The notes below the pieces were generated by a model. It was not told the DNA's origin. It saw only the letters and a program-made list of their open reading frames with translations, and ran no database searches. Source: an uncultured Chloroflexia bacterium (GTDB lineage: Bacteria > Chloroflexota > Limnocylindria > Limnocylindrales > CSP1-4). Taken from it: a DNA stretch of 64,000 bases. The translations under genes were made by a program, and so were the position numbers. The stretch is from contig CAVVCZ010000006.1 in the NCBI GenBank assembly GCA_963746845.1, forward strand, positions 128,001 to 192,000, read 5' to 3'. Of this stretch, positions 19,281-28,843 are shown one piece after another (position 1 is the first letter of the stretch; each line of letters begins with the position of its first letter).

Positions 19281-19657
19281 GGCTCGTCCTGGACTCCAGC
19301 TTCGTCATCGACCACCTCCGGGGGCTACCAGAAGCGGTGGATCGGATGGAGTCGATGTTCGAGGTGGGGGACGAGGCGTACGTGACCGACGTTGTCGTGT
19401 GCGAGGTCCGGGCGGGACTCCGCGCGGAAGCCGAGCATCACCTGCTGGCCGTGCTGGAGCCGATCGAGTTCATCCAGGCGGGACCGGAGCAAGCCATCCT
19501 CGCCGGCCGTTGGCGGGCCGAGCTACGGTCTGCCGGGCGCACGCTCAGCCTCGCTGATGCCTTGATCGCTTCAGCAGCAGCGTCGCTCGGCGCCGCGGTG
19601 CTGACGCGGAACCGACGGGACTTCGCGCTGACGCCGGTCGCGGTCGAGACCTACTGA
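19277..19657 (+). CDS. vapC: PIN-domain toxin (VapC)
   Basis: LDSSFVID, CEV, LADALIA, LTRNRRDF. Confidence 0.92.
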   Translation: MRLVLDSSFVIDHLRGLPEAVDRMESMFEVGDEAYVTDVVVCEVRAGLRAEAEHHLLAVLEPIEFIQAGPEQAILAGRWRAELRSAGRTLSLADALIASAAASLGAAVLTRNRRDFALTPVAVETY

Positions 19658-20328
19658 CCGCCGTCCTCGCGGGCCTCGAGCCACTCGACCCGGCCGCCGA
19701 TCTCGACCATGCCGTCCGGCTGCGGCCGGACGAGGATCTCGGACGCGACGCCCTGGTGGATCGTCACGTCGCGTCGCAGGTCGCCGCCCATCGCGACGGC
19801 AGCCGCGCCGGTCGCCTCGTCCTCGGCGATCCCGTAGTCGGTCGCGAAGTAGCGAGCGCGGATGTCGCCCGCGGCCTCGTCCAGCCAGGCCCAGACGTAG
19901 ATCCCCGGGTCGCCCATCCGGGGCGGGTCGTAGCCGTCGACGGCGGCAGGAGTATCGAGGCGGACCCGCCGGTGCTGATGGATCCACGACGGGTTGGCGC
20001 AGACCCACGTCCGCTCCTCGTCATGACGGACCCGGACCTCGCCGGCCGGCGGACGCAGGACGGCAACCGGAGTCCCCTCGCGGCGCAGCAGCCACCCGGT
20101 CCCGACCGTCGGGTGGCCGGCGAACGCCAGCTCCGCGGCGGGAGTGAAGATCTGGATGGTCCCCTCGGCCCGGTCGTCGACGAACACGGTCTCCGAGAAG
20201 CCGAGCCGCGCCGCGACGGCCTGGCGGCGGTCGCTCGGGATCGTGCCTCCGTCGAGGAACACCCCGAGCGGGTTGCCGCCGCGTCCGTCCGGCCCGATGA
20301 ACACCCGGAGCACGTGGAGCGTCGTCAT
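19651..20328 (-). CDS. PhzF-family isomerase
   Basis: GGNPLGV, GFSETVF, IFTPAAELAFAGHPTVG, EDEATGAA. Confidence 0.92.
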   Translation of the reverse strand: MTTLHVLRVFIGPDGRGGNPLGVFLDGGTIPSDRRQAVAARLGFSETVFVDDRAEGTIQIFTPAAELAFAGHPTVGTGWLLRREGTPVAVLRPPAGEVRVRHDEERTWVCANPSWIHQHRRVRLDTPAAVDGYDPPRMGDPGIYVWAWLDEAAGDIRARYFATDYGIAEDEATGAAAVAMGGDLRRDVTIHQGVASEILVRPQPDGMVEIGGRVEWLEAREDGGQ

Positions 20329-20936
20329 GCGGTTGGTCCCTCCTGCCCGGTCAGGGTCGGCCGGCGGGCGCCGCTCCGATCGAGCGCGACCGCCTGGATC
20401 CCCACGATCGACATCGCGTCGGTGATCTCGCCGGTCCCGATCATCGCCAGCGCGTCGTCAAAGAACACCCAGCGGACGACCAGGTCCTCGCTGGGCTCCG
20501 GCGCCGCGGTCCCGTGGTGGCTCGCTCGCGCCGCGAACAGGACGCCGGCCTCGTCGCTGATCGAGTTCGACAGGTGGAGCCGGCACAGCTCCCGCCAGCC
20601 GTCTGCCTCGACGCCCGTCTCCTCACGGAGCTCGCGCCGCGCCCCGTCGAGCGCCGACTCGCCGGCCGGGACGCCACCCTCCGGGATCTCCCAGGAGTAG
20701 GCGTCGAGCGTGTAGCGGTGCTGCCCGACGAGCAGGAGCCGATCCGCCTCGTCCAGGACGATGACGCCGACGGCGAGGTTCAGGAAGTGGACGACGCCGT
20801 AGATCCCGTCGCTCCCGTCCGGTCGATCGACCTCGTCGTGCCAGACGGTGATCCAGGCGTTCGCGTAGGCGTCGCGGCGCGTCCGGCGACGCCACGGCCC
20901 GACGGCAATCGGCGGATCGAGGGGCTCAGGTGTCAT
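20325..20936 (-). CDS. Nudix hydrolase (ADP-ribose pyrophosphatase-like)
   Basis: Nudix box GGVPAGESALDGARRELREETG; QHRY; start 20936 or 20945. Confidence 0.92.
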   Translation of the reverse strand: MTPEPLDPPIAVGPWRRRTRRDAYANAWITVWHDEVDRPDGSDGIYGVVHFLNLAVGVIVLDEADRLLLVGQHRYTLDAYSWEIPEGGVPAGESALDGARRELREETGVEADGWRELCRLHLSNSISDEAGVLFAARASHHGTAAPEPSEDLVVRWVFFDDALAMIGTGEITDAMSIVGIQAVALDRSGARRPTLTGQEGPTA

Positions 20937-21003
20937 CGCCGTCATCGTCGCACGGCCCGGGCGGCGCGGCCGGGCGCGTCCCGGACCCGCCTATCCTCGG
21001 CGG

Positions 21004-23091
21004 ATGCCGGACCCCGACGACGCGGAGCGGACTCGCCCCGCCAGCCAGCCGACCCACGGCGTCGCGGCGCTGTCCGACGTCCGGATCCGGGCGTCCGACG
21101 GGGTCGAGCTGTCGGCGAACCTGTGGCTGCCGGAGCCGCATGCCGACGGATCGGGGCCGCGGGTGTTCCCGGCGGTCCTCGAGATGCTCCCCTACCGCAA
21201 GGACGACTGGCACGCGGCGAGCGACCAGGGGTTCGGCGAGTGGCTCGCGGCGCGTGGCTACGCCTACTGCCGGCTGGACGTCCGGGGAACGGGCTCGTCG
21301 GATGGGGTCGCGCTGGACGAATACACGGCGCGCGAGACGCAGGATGGTGCAGAGGTCGTCGAGTGGCTCGCGGCCCAGGGCTGGTCGAACGGCAAGGTCG
21401 CGATGTGGGGGATCTCGTACGGGGGCTTCACCGCGATCCAGGTCGCGCTGCTCCGGCCACCCCATCTCGCCGCGATCGTCCCGATGATGGCGAGCGACGA
21501 CCGCTACACGGACGACGTCCACTACATCGGCGGGTGCATGACGGTGTCCGAGCTGAGCCAGTACGCGGTGAGCATGGTCGGGATGAACGCGCTGCCACCC
21601 CTCGCCCCGACGACCGGTCCGGGATGGGTGGAGGCCTGGCGCGAACGTCTCGAGCGGACGCCGATCTGGCTCTTCTCGTGGCTGCGCGATCAGCGGGACG
21701 GCCCGTCCTGGCGGCAGGGCTCGCTCGCCCCGCACTGGGACCACCTCACGACGCCGACCTTCCTCATCGGCGGCTGGATGGACGAGTACGTCGATGCGGC
21801 CCTCCGGATGCTCGAACGCTGCACGAATGCCCCGCGACGGGCGCTGATCGGCAACTGGGTCCACAGCTACCCGGATCTCGCCTATCCGGGGCCGAACGTC
21901 GACTGGCGTCACGAGATGCTCCGCTTCCTCGACCACTGGCTGAAGGGCATCGACAACGGCGTCATGGACGAGCCGCCGCTCGTCGTCTACCGCCACGAGT
22001 GGGCGGCGCCGGAGCCGTTCCCCGAGGCGTGGCCCGGCGGGTGGGTGGCGGAGAGCGCCTGGCCGGCGCCGGATCGCGCCGAGCGGGTCCTCCACCTCGC
22101 GCCCGGCGAGCAACCGCTCGTCGGCCGGCTGGCGGAGGCGCCGCCGGTCGAGCCCGCGATCGAGGCGTTCCGCCACCGCGCGTCGGCCGGGACACGCGCC
22201 GGGCTGTCGTGGGGCGCCGGTCACGCGCCGAACGGTCTCGCCCGCGATCTCCGTCCGGACGACGCGACCGGCCCGGTCTTCACCTCCGCGCCGCTGGCCG
22301 CCGATCTCGACGTCGTCGGCTCGCCGTCGGTGGTCCTGACCTGGGAGTCACCCGTGCCGGTCGCGACGGCGGTCGTCCGGCTGCAGGACGTCGCCCCGGA
22401 CGGGACGCCCTTCCAGGTCTGCGCCGGGATCCTGAACCTCACCCATCGAGCGTCCCACGCGGAGCCCTCGCCGCTCGAGCCCGGCTGGCCGACCGAGGTC
22501 CGCATCGACCTGCGGGCGACGGCCCACCGGTTCGGTGCCGGGCATCGGATCCGGCTGTCGGTCGCGTCGTCGATGTGGCCGGTGGTCTGGCCGTCGCCGT
22601 TTCCGGCGACGTACCGGCTCCATCTCGGCGGCCGGCACACCGCCCGGCTCGTCCTGCCGATGCTCCCCGCCGGCCGGTCCGAGACGCCGGTGCCACCGTT
22701 CAAGACGACGCCGGCCGGCGTGCGGGACGTCGGGAGCGAGCGCGGCGACCCGCCCGTCTGGGAGGTCGTCGAGGACGTCCTCGCGGGCTCCGTGACGGTT
22801 CGGTCCAGCGAGTTCGGCGAGCTCGTCCTGCCCGACGGCGTCTCGACGCTGGCGAGCGGCGAGCGGCTGGAGATGATCGCGCGCGACGTCGACCCCGCAC
22901 ACGCCGAGATGCGCAACGACGTCGTCTACCGGCTGCGTCGGGCGGAGGCCGACGTCCTCATCGAGTCCGACGGGACGATCCGGACGACCGAGACGGACAT
23001 CGAGATGACGGTGCGGCTCCGCGTCCAGCTGGACGGCGAGCCGTTCTTCGAGCGCGACTGGCACGAGACGGTGGGGCGCGACCTGCTCTAG
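21004..23091 (+). CDS. CocE/NonD family hydrolase (peptidase S15)
   Basis: PYRKDD, DVRGTGSSDG, WGISYGG, GGWMD, GNWVH, C-terminal PepX_C-like jelly roll. Confidence 0.92.
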   Translation: MPDPDDAERTRPASQPTHGVAALSDVRIRASDGVELSANLWLPEPHADGSGPRVFPAVLEMLPYRKDDWHAASDQGFGEWLAARGYAYCRLDVRGTGSSDGVALDEYTARETQDGAEVVEWLAAQGWSNGKVAMWGISYGGFTAIQVALLRPPHLAAIVPMMASDDRYTDDVHYIGGCMTVSELSQYAVSMVGMNALPPLAPTTGPGWVEAWRERLERTPIWLFSWLRDQRDGPSWRQGSLAPHWDHLTTPTFLIGGWMDEYVDAALRMLERCTNAPRRALIGNWVHSYPDLAYPGPNVDWRHEMLRFLDHWLKGIDNGVMDEPPLVVYRHEWAAPEPFPEAWPGGWVAESAWPAPDRAERVLHLAPGEQPLVGRLAEAPPVEPAIEAFRHRASAGTRAGLSWGAGHAPNGLARDLRPDDATGPVFTSAPLAADLDVVGSPSVVLTWESPVPVATAVVRLQDVAPDGTPFQVCAGILNLTHRASHAEPSPLEPGWPTEVRIDLRATAHRFGAGHRIRLSVASSMWPVVWPSPFPATYRLHLGGRHTARLVLPMLPAGRSETPVPPFKTTPAGVRDVGSERGDPPVWEVVEDVLAGSVTVRSSEFGELVLPDGVSTLASGERLEMIARDVDPAHAEMRNDVVYRLRRAEADVLIESDGTIRTTETDIEMTVRLRVQLDGEPFFERDWHETVGRDLL

Positions 23092-24446
23092 GTGCCGGCG
23101 CCCGCCGCATCGCGGGCTGCCCGTTCGATCGGCCCGAGGAAGTGGTCGCCGCCGCCGGTCATCGTGTAGCGGGTCGCCGGCTCGAGACCGCGGCGGATCC
23201 CGTCGTAGCTGATCACCTGGTACGCCGCCCCGGCGACGAGGATGTCGTCCAGCCGCTCGCGGAGCCGTGACGCCGGCATGACCGGCGACCAGGCATCGAT
23301 CCAGGCGTCGACGGCCGCGTCGATCTCCGCGACGCGATCCTCGCTCCACGAGATCCAGGTCACGAGGTCGACGAGCGGGCTGCCGACGGCGGCATCGGAC
23401 CAGTCGATGATCACGATCCGCCCGTCGATCAGGCCCGCGTTGCCGGAGTGGTAGTCGCCGTGCACGAGAGTCTCGGGCACGCCGAGGCCTTCGACGCGCG
23501 TGACCGCCGCCGTCACGGTCGCGACCAACGCCTCGCGCTCGCCGTCCCCCCATGACCGGTCCTCGACGACCATCCCATCCGGGCCGATCGCCGCCGCAAA
23601 GGCCGCCGGCACGCCCGCGAGCGGCCGGTGCTGCGCCCCGCCGGCCGCGAGCGCGGCCAGGTCCGCCGGGCGATCGGCCATCGCCAGCTGGACGCCGACG
23701 ATCGCCCGGGCGCCTGCGGCAAGGGCGGCCGGACGCTCGGCTTCCGGGAGGTCCCCGACCCACGGCGCCCGGACGTCCTCGACCAGCAGCCAGCCCTCGT
23801 CGGCCTCGATCGCGAGGACGCGCGGGACGGTCGCCGGGAACCGCTCGGCGAGGAGCTGCGTGAGGTCCGGCTCCGCGTGGAACGGCGGGAACACCGCCTT
23901 CAGGAACAGGTCGGCATCGTCCGTCGGGGCGCGGAGCAGCGCGGAGATCCCGCGGAGGAAGAACGGCCGCGGCTCGCCGGTCAGCGGCCGGCCGGCACCC
24001 TCCGCGGCCTCGCCCATCCACGCGGTCGCGCGGCCCATCCACCCCGGCCGCGCCCAGCGCGGCCGGAGCGCGGGCGGCGGTGCGCCGGTCCGGAGCTCCT
24101 CGAGCAGCTCGAGCGCCCGCGGCCGGATCGACGCGGGGAGCCCATCCAGCTCGATCGGCAGCGGCGCGAAGGTCAGCCCGTCCGGCGGTGTCCAGTCCGC
24201 GGGCGCCCGTTCGGTCGTCGCGAGGGTCGGGATCGGCGCACCGTCCGGGACGCCGACCCAGCGCGGATGCGTCTCGAGGACCGGCGCGGTGAAGGCCCAC
24301 GACCCTCGGAGGAACGCGTCGACGGCCACGACCGCCATGTCTTCCTCGCCGCTCTCCAGGATGACCGCCGGCAGCCGGCCGTCGTGGTCGACGAGGACCG
24401 TCGTGCCGGCCGGCCCGGGCACGGCGAGCCGGGCGTCGAGCTGCAT
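23088..24446 (-). CDS. APH-family phosphotransferase
   Basis: FLKAV...HAE, TLVHGDYHSGN, IIDWSD; leaderless ATG at 24446. Confidence 0.85.
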   Translation of the reverse strand: MQLDARLAVPGPAGTTVLVDHDGRLPAVILESGEEDMAVVAVDAFLRGSWAFTAPVLETHPRWVGVPDGAPIPTLATTERAPADWTPPDGLTFAPLPIELDGLPASIRPRALELLEELRTGAPPPALRPRWARPGWMGRATAWMGEAAEGAGRPLTGEPRPFFLRGISALLRAPTDDADLFLKAVFPPFHAEPDLTQLLAERFPATVPRVLAIEADEGWLLVEDVRAPWVGDLPEAERPAALAAGARAIVGVQLAMADRPADLAALAAGGAQHRPLAGVPAAFAAAIGPDGMVVEDRSWGDGEREALVATVTAAVTRVEGLGVPETLVHGDYHSGNAGLIDGRIVIIDWSDAAVGSPLVDLVTWISWSEDRVAEIDAAVDAWIDAWSPVMPASRLRERLDDILVAGAAYQVISYDGIRRGLEPATRYTMTGGGDHFLGPIERAARDAAGAGT

Positions 24447-24470
24447 GGCCGAGAGCCTACGATACGGCCC

Positions 24471-25634
24471 ATGCGCCGGATCAGCCGCAAGGCCGAGAGC
24501 TTCACCGAGTCCGTCATCCGCGAGATGAACCGCCTCGCCGTCGCCGCCGACGCCGTGAGCCTGGCCCAGGGGTTCCCGGATTTTCCCTGTCCGCCCGAGC
24601 TGAAGGCCGCGGCGGCCGAGGCGGTCGCCGCGGACCACAACCAGTACGCGATCACCTTCGGATCGAAACCCCTGCGTGACGCGATCGCCGCGAAGAGCGC
24701 CCGGTTCCACCCGGACTGGATTGTCGACGCGGACACGGAGATCACGGTCGTCAACGGGGCGACCGAAGGGATGATCTCGGCGATGCTGGGCCTGCTCGAC
24801 CCGGGCGACGAGGTGATCGTCTTCGAGCCGTTCTACGAGAACTACGGGCCGGACGCGATCCTCACCGGGGCGGTCCCGCGCTACGTGACGCTCCACGAGC
24901 CGGACTGGTCGATCGATCCGGACGAGCTCCGGTCGGCGATCACGCCACGGACACGGGCGATCGTCGTGAACAGCCCGCACAACCCGACCGGCAAGGTGTT
25001 CACGCGCGCGGAGCTCGAGCTGATCGCCGGCCTGTGCCGCGAGCACGACCTGCTCGCGTTCACCGACGACATCTACCAGCACCTGGTGTACGAGGGCGAG
25101 CACATCCCGCTCGCGACGCTGCCGGGGATGCGCGAGCGGACGATCGCGATCGACTCGATGTCGAAGACGTACTCGGTGACGGGCTGGCGGGTCGGCTGGG
25201 TGATCGCGTCGCCCGAGCTGTCGATCGGCGTCCGCCGCGTCCACGACTTCCTGACCGTCGGGGCCGCGGCGCCGCTCCAGCAGGCGTCGGTCGCGGGGCT
25301 GCTGATGGCCGACGCGTACTACGAGCGTCTGCTCGCGGACTACCGCGAGCGGCGCGACGCGCTCCTGCCCGCGCTCGAGGCGGCCGGCTTCCGGGTCCAT
25401 CGCCCGGCCGGTGCCTACTACGCGATGACGGACATCCGCGACCTGACATCGGAGGACGACGTCGCGTTCGCGCGGCGGCTGATCGCCGATCCGGGGGTCG
25501 CGGCGGTGCCCGGCTCGTCGTTCTTCTCGCGGCCCGAGCTCGGCCGGACGAAGCTCCGGTTCGCCTTCCCGAAGCGGCTCGAGACGCTGCAGGCAGCGGC
25601 CGAGCGGCTCACCCGGATCCGCGCGGCGGTCTGA
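24471..25634 (+). CDS. PLP-dependent aminotransferase class I/II (YbdL/kynurenine aminotransferase-like)
   Basis: LAQGFPD, NQYA, GATE, NSPHNPTG, DDIY, SMSKTYSVTGWRVG. Confidence 0.95.
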   Translation: MRRISRKAESFTESVIREMNRLAVAADAVSLAQGFPDFPCPPELKAAAAEAVAADHNQYAITFGSKPLRDAIAAKSARFHPDWIVDADTEITVVNGATEGMISAMLGLLDPGDEVIVFEPFYENYGPDAILTGAVPRYVTLHEPDWSIDPDELRSAITPRTRAIVVNSPHNPTGKVFTRAELELIAGLCREHDLLAFTDDIYQHLVYEGEHIPLATLPGMRERTIAIDSMSKTYSVTGWRVGWVIASPELSIGVRRVHDFLTVGAAAPLQQASVAGLLMADAYYERLLADYRERRDALLPALEAAGFRVHRPAGAYYAMTDIRDLTSEDDVAFARRLIADPGVAAVPGSSFFSRPELGRTKLRFAFPKRLETLQAAAERLTRIRAAV

Positions 25635-25651
25635 CGAAGGCATGGCCGGAC

Positions 25652-27541
25652 ATGGCTGACCCGACTGCCGGCGGAGGGTCGCCGTCGACTGCCTCGAGCG
25701 GTGTCCGCGCCGGCTCCGTGACCCGGGGCTTCCTGTTCTCGGACCTGCGCGGGTACACGAAGTTCCTCGAGACCCGCGGCGCCGCGGCCGCGGCCGACGT
25801 CCTGCTTCGATATCGGGACCTCGTCCGCGGGCTCGTGCAGCAACACGCAGGGGCCGAGATCCGGACGGAGGGCGACAGCTTCTATGTCGTGTTCGCCGCG
25901 GTCAGTGATGCTGTCCAGTGCGGCCTCGCGATCGCCGCGGAGGCTCGCGCGGCATCGATCGAGCGCCCCGAGGCGCCGATCGCGGTCGGCATCGGGATCC
26001 ATGCCGGCGAGACGATCGAGACGCCGGATGGATATGTCGGTGGGTCGGTCAACATCGCGGCTCGGCTGTGCGCCCTGGCCGGGGCCGGCGAGGTCCTCGT
26101 CAGCGACACGGTCCGGGCACTGACCTACACCGTCCTCTCGGTCAGTTTCGTGCCCCGCGGCAAGAAGGCCCTCAAGGGGGTGACCGACCCGGTCGCCGTC
26201 TATGCCGTGGTGCCCACCTCGGAGGCGCCGCACCCGACCGCCACCGGCCGGCTGCGCCGGCTGTCGCGGGGCGCCCGCGCCGGCATCGCGGTCGTGGTCG
26301 CCATCGCCGTCATCGGCGTCGGGGCGTTCGCCTTCACCGCCCTCCGCCATGGCGCGGGCCTCCCTGCCGGGGCATGGAAGATCGGGCTGGACGTGCCGCT
26401 CACGGGCGACGCCGCATTCCGCGGCATGCAGATCAAGAACGGGGTCACGCTCGCCCTGGACGATGCGAATGCCGCCGGCGGGGTCGGCGGTGCCCAGGTG
26501 GCGCTGGACGCAAAGGACGACGCGGGCAACGCGGACACCGACCAGGATCCGGTCGCCGGCGCGGCGAACGCCTCTGCGCTGGTCGCCGACCCGAACGTCC
26601 TGGCGATGGTCGGCCCGGCCGGGTCGCCGGTCGCCAAGGCGGAGATCCCGATCACGAACCAGGCCGGGCTCCTCGAGTGCAGCCCGGCGAACACGCTTCC
26701 GGGGCTGACGAAGCCGCGCGACGGCGCCCTCGATCTCCGGTCGGCGTTCCCGACTCGGATCAACTACATCCGGACGGCGCCGTCGGACGACATCCAGGGC
26801 CCGGCGCTCGCCTCGTTCGTCTTCCACGACCTCGGCGCGACGTCGACGCTCGTGATCGACGATGCCGACCAGGGGCGGCAGGTCGCGGACGACTTCGCCG
26901 CGGCCTACACGAAGCTCGGGGGGACCGTGGTCCGCCGGGCCCTGAACCCGGGCGACCAGCCGGACTCCGTCCTCGCGCCGCTCGCGACCGCGAGCGGCGC
27001 TCCGGCCGCGGTGTTCTTCGGCGGCTTCACCGAGACGGGTGCCCCCGAGGTCCGCGAGGCGATGGTCGCAGGCGGTCACGCCGACGTGCCATTCGTGAGC
27101 TGGGACGGGATCCAGGACGGGTCCGGCGCCGACAAGGGCTCGTTCATCCAGACCGCCGGGCCGGCCGCCGTCGGCTCGTACTTCTCGCACGCGTCGTTCG
27201 GGGCTCCGAAGGCCGACTTCGTCACTCGCTATCGCGCCCGGTTCAACGACGATCCCGACGAATATGCGACGGCGGCGTTCGCCTGCACGCAGGTCATCCT
27301 GGGCTCGCTCCGGGCCGTGGCCGCGACCGGGCCGAGCGCCGACGGGCTCCGCGACGCCGTCCGCGCCTACGCCGTCGACCCGAGCAACCGGTTCGACACG
27401 GTCATCGGCTCGGTCGGGTTCGATGCCAACGGCGACTCGCTCCAGCAGTTCGTCACGTTCTACAAGGTCGATGGTTCGGCCGCCGGCGGAACGGGCGACT
27501 GGGTGATCGACAAGCAGCAGGACTTCGGCCCGGCGCCGTAG
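25652..27541 (+). CDS. Class III nucleotide cyclase - TM helix - extracellular LIVBP-type ligand-binding domain
   Basis: FSDLRGYT, TEGDSF, GIHAGE, VNIAARL, LKGV; TM GIAVVVAIAVIGVGAFAF; KIGLDVPLTG...RTAPSDDIQG...G.VGFDANGD. Confidence 0.88.
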   Translation: MADPTAGGGSPSTASSGVRAGSVTRGFLFSDLRGYTKFLETRGAAAAADVLLRYRDLVRGLVQQHAGAEIRTEGDSFYVVFAAVSDAVQCGLAIAAEARAASIERPEAPIAVGIGIHAGETIETPDGYVGGSVNIAARLCALAGAGEVLVSDTVRALTYTVLSVSFVPRGKKALKGVTDPVAVYAVVPTSEAPHPTATGRLRRLSRGARAGIAVVVAIAVIGVGAFAFTALRHGAGLPAGAWKIGLDVPLTGDAAFRGMQIKNGVTLALDDANAAGGVGGAQVALDAKDDAGNADTDQDPVAGAANASALVADPNVLAMVGPAGSPVAKAEIPITNQAGLLECSPANTLPGLTKPRDGALDLRSAFPTRINYIRTAPSDDIQGPALASFVFHDLGATSTLVIDDADQGRQVADDFAAAYTKLGGTVVRRALNPGDQPDSVLAPLATASGAPAAVFFGGFTETGAPEVREAMVAGGHADVPFVSWDGIQDGSGADKGSFIQTAGPAAVGSYFSHASFGAPKADFVTRYRARFNDDPDEYATAAFACTQVILGSLRAVAATGPSADGLRDAVRAYAVDPSNRFDTVIGSVGFDANGDSLQQFVTFYKVDGSAAGGTGDWVIDKQQDFGPAP

Positions 27542-27571
27542 CGGCCCGATCTGGCCGGTTCCACCCGCCGG

Positions 27572-27733
27572 TCAGGCGCCGGGCGCGTCAAACGACGTTC
27601 GGCGCCGCCCGCGGATCCCGATTGGCGCTTTCGGACATCAGACGACGCGCTGGACGCTCGATTCGACGGCCGACGGGGCTGTTGCCGGCGACTTCGGGCG
27701 GTGCGGACGTCGTTTCACGCGGTGAGCGCCTGA
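27572..27733. repeat. ~160-bp imperfect inverted-repeat element between convergent genes
   Basis: TCAGGCGC..GCGTCAAACGACGTTCGGCGCCGCCCG pairs with CGGGCGGTGCGGACGTCGTTTCACGC..GCGCCTGA. Confidence 0.6.
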
Positions 27734-27778
27734 AGGGGTGTCGGCGCGCCCCCGCGGCCGGGCAGCTTCCGCGATGGG

Positions 27779-28843
27779 TCAGGCGAGGAGGGCGACCAGC
27801 GCTGCCCGCCCGGTGATCGCGGTGATGATCGCGACGGCGACGCTGGCGAGCGTCCCGAGCAGGTAGTACTCGGCGAAGTCGCGGTCGTCGAGGAGCCGGA
27901 ACCGAGCGAGGGTCTTGGCCGCGACGACAAAGCCGATCGCCGCCTCGGTACCGGTCAGCACGAAGACCACGACGAGGATCCGCTCGAGGACGCCGATCGT
28001 GGCCCCGACGCGCGCGGTCTGGGCGCGCGGTGCGGCGACGGCCAGGACCGCTTCGGCGGCCGGAGGCGGCGGATCCGGCTCCGCCTCGATCCGCGTCTCC
28101 AGCGGGCCGATCCGGACCGACCAGCCGCGCGACCGGTCGAGGGGCGCGGGGCCCGACGACGGCGCGGCACCGACCCCGCCAACCGGTGGCGCGTCCACGA
28201 CCGACGGGCCGGCGCGTCCGCCCCAGCGCGTCTCGCCCTCCGTCTGCTCGACCGGCCGGACGAGGACGGCGACGAAGATCGACGCCGCCAGGATGTTCGC
28301 GATCGCCAGGCTCGAGAGGACCACCCCGGCGGACACGACGTCGTGGACCGCGGCGCGGTCCCAGCTCCCGAGGATCTGGTTGACGGCGTCGGTCCACCCC
28401 TGCAGCAGAGGGGCGCTCGACAGGAGCACCGCCCACGCGACGAACGCGACCAGCAGGTGGGCCAGCTGGTCGAGGATGAACAGCGCCGCGGGCCACGGCG
28501 TCCACGCCCGGCCCAGGTGGTCGGATGGCTGGACGCCCTCGTGCCGCCCGTGGGCGGCGACCAGCGCCGACGCGGCCGCGCGCCGGGTCAGCAGGACCTT
28601 CGAGCGGTCGATGAGCATGTGGAGGATCGCGGACGCGGCCAGGAACGCCCAGCCCGGCCCGCCCCACGCCAGCCCGACGGGGATCAGGCAGACCGCGACG
28701 ATCGCCCCGTGGGCGACCAGCCCACGCAGCGCGCGCGAGCCGTGGTCGGACTTCGCGCGGACGATCGAGGTGGTCTGGAACAGGAAGTCCGCCGCGAGAT
28801 GGGCGAGGACGAGCCAGGCGAGGACAAGGATCGGGTCGGTCAT
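27779..28843 (-). CDS. DUF3307-type membrane protein (SatE-like)
   Basis: AHLAADFLFQ, HG, HMLID, DQLAH; C-terminal IGVLER..AAKTLARF..AEYYLLGTL. Confidence 0.8.
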   Translation of the reverse strand: MTDPILVLAWLVLAHLAADFLFQTTSIVRAKSDHGSRALRGLVAHGAIVAVCLIPVGLAWGGPGWAFLAASAILHMLIDRSKVLLTRRAAASALVAAHGRHEGVQPSDHLGRAWTPWPAALFILDQLAHLLVAFVAWAVLLSSAPLLQGWTDAVNQILGSWDRAAVHDVVSAGVVLSSLAIANILAASIFVAVLVRPVEQTEGETRWGGRAGPSVVDAPPVGGVGAAPSSGPAPLDRSRGWSVRIGPLETRIEAEPDPPPPAAEAVLAVAAPRAQTARVGATIGVLERILVVVFVLTGTEAAIGFVVAAKTLARFRLLDDRDFAEYYLLGTLASVAVAIITAITGRAALVALLA

